Shown in pieces: positions 63,435 to 64,000 of a stretch of DNA of 64,000 bases. Source of the stretch: Escherichia coli (GTDB taxonomy: Bacteria > Bacillota_I > Bacilli_A > RFN20 > CAG-826); contig CAVGNR010000001.1 of NCBI GenBank assembly GCA_963630675.1, positions 37,807-101,806 of the forward strand. The letters are read 5' to 3'. Both the position numbers and the translations under genes were made by a program. Under the pieces are notes generated by a model. It was not told the DNA's origin and did not search any database. It was given only the letters and a program-made list of their open reading frames with translations. How positions within the stretch are numbered: the first letter of the stretch is position 1; each line of letters begins with the position of its first letter.

Positions 63435-64000
63435 TTAGAATTTGGTGGAGGAACGTTTAACGAATTTCGCTTCGAAACGGCAAGTTTTTTCCACAAGGTT
63501 ATCATTGATGAGGTCAGTAAGCATAAGCATGGCGCGTTTACCTACTTCCGACATATTGATTTGCATAGAGCTGAGTGTTGGGCGGATGATATTCGCATAT
63601 TTCGTTCCGACGAGGGATAGAACTTCAACATCATTTGGAACGCTAAGCCCTGCATCAGAAGCGGCATTGATAATAGCCGCAGCCAAGGAATCACGATAGG
63701 CAATATAGTAGCCTTTGCTTCCTTCTGGGTCGTTTTTGAATTTTTCTAAGAAGTCCGCGTATGTGTGAGCATAGGAATCATCACAATTAAGGACGTGGTA
63801 TTCTCTCTTTAATTCATCATGAACTTCCACGAAACAATGCTCGCAATGGGTAAGAAGTCTGCCGCCATCATGAACGTGGACGAAGGTCATTTCTTTTTCT
63901 CCGCCATCGTGATAATAATGACGAATGATGTTCTTTAATTCTTCGCCATAGGAGAATTTGATGCAGCCGACTTTATCGCCAGTCAAAACATTATTTACCA
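63435..64000 (-). CDS. LacI/GalR-family regulator, C-terminal part (5' end beyond the window)
   Basis: The frame stays open to the window edge. C-terminus IAYRDSLAAAIINAASDAGLSVPNDVEVLSLVGTKYANIIRPTLSSMQINMSEVGKRAMLML...RSST matches the LacI effector-domain pattern. Confidence 0.7.
   Translation of the reverse strand, partial: VNNVLTGDKVGCIKFSYGEELKNIIRHYYHDGGEKEMTFVHVHDGGRLLTHCEHCFVEVHDELKREYHVLNCDDSYAHTYADFLEKFKNDPEGSKGYYIAYRDSLAAAIINAASDAGLSVPNDVEVLSLVGTKYANIIRPTLSSMQINMSEVGKRAMLMLTDLINDNLVEKTCRFEAKFVKRSSTKF

Overview
This is a low-GC bacterial chromosome segment with most genes on the minus strand. It uses the standard genetic code: TAA, TAG and TGA each terminate conserved genes, and the only tRNA-Trp has anticodon CCA. 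I see no rRNA, CRISPR array, transposase or integrase. Gene content suggests a reduced Bacillota lineage (Acholeplasma/Erysipelotrichia/RF39-like), but that is inference only. The supporting content is many lipobox lipoproteins, a membrane-anchored PotD, a PPi-type PFK signature, DegV plus an orphan ACP, and no wall-synthesis genes in view.

Core genes recognised:
- groES-groEL with a CIRCE operator, tyrS, pyrG, fba, pfk, degV, gmk and acpP.
- potABCD, a trkA/trkH-type K+ uptake module, yqeY, and an iron-chelate ABC importer with a divergent TetR regulator.
- Two CNNM/CorC-type proteins, a DagK-family lipid kinase, a MalY/PatB C-S lyase and an MscS channel.
- Six tRNAs: Trp; Asn-Glu; Cys-Arg-Pro.

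Accessory content worth a second look, most interesting first:
1. A tightly packed Tad/Flp-like pilus or secretion operon (30207-34717). It has a secretion ATPase, two TadB/C-like proteins, an atypical 61-aa pilin-like protein, TadE-like small proteins and an unknown 345-aa secreted protein. No prepilin peptidase is in view.
2. A PLD-nuclease/SF2-helicase/DUF3427-type fusion whose 3' end overlaps a MutT-type NUDIX gene by 47 nt. It abuts a convergent RhuM + AAA(DUF4143-like) pair with zero intergenic bases.
3. A Schlafen/AlbA_2 ATPase gene bracketed by 69-nt direct repeats built from TGAAGT/ACTTCA cores.
4. Two secreted-protein genes interrupted or extended by in-frame stop codons (TAA at 20488-20490; TAG at 33680-33682).
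5. A decayed islet beside tRNA-Trp, bounded by 47-nt direct repeats and holding a multiply nonsense-mutated PD-(D/E)xK gene.
6. A candidate ~100-nt sRNA, a 35-bp palindrome, and a membrane protein with seven copies of an LTxEELRxIIxEEL-like motif.

All family assignments come from motif reading and memory, not database searches.
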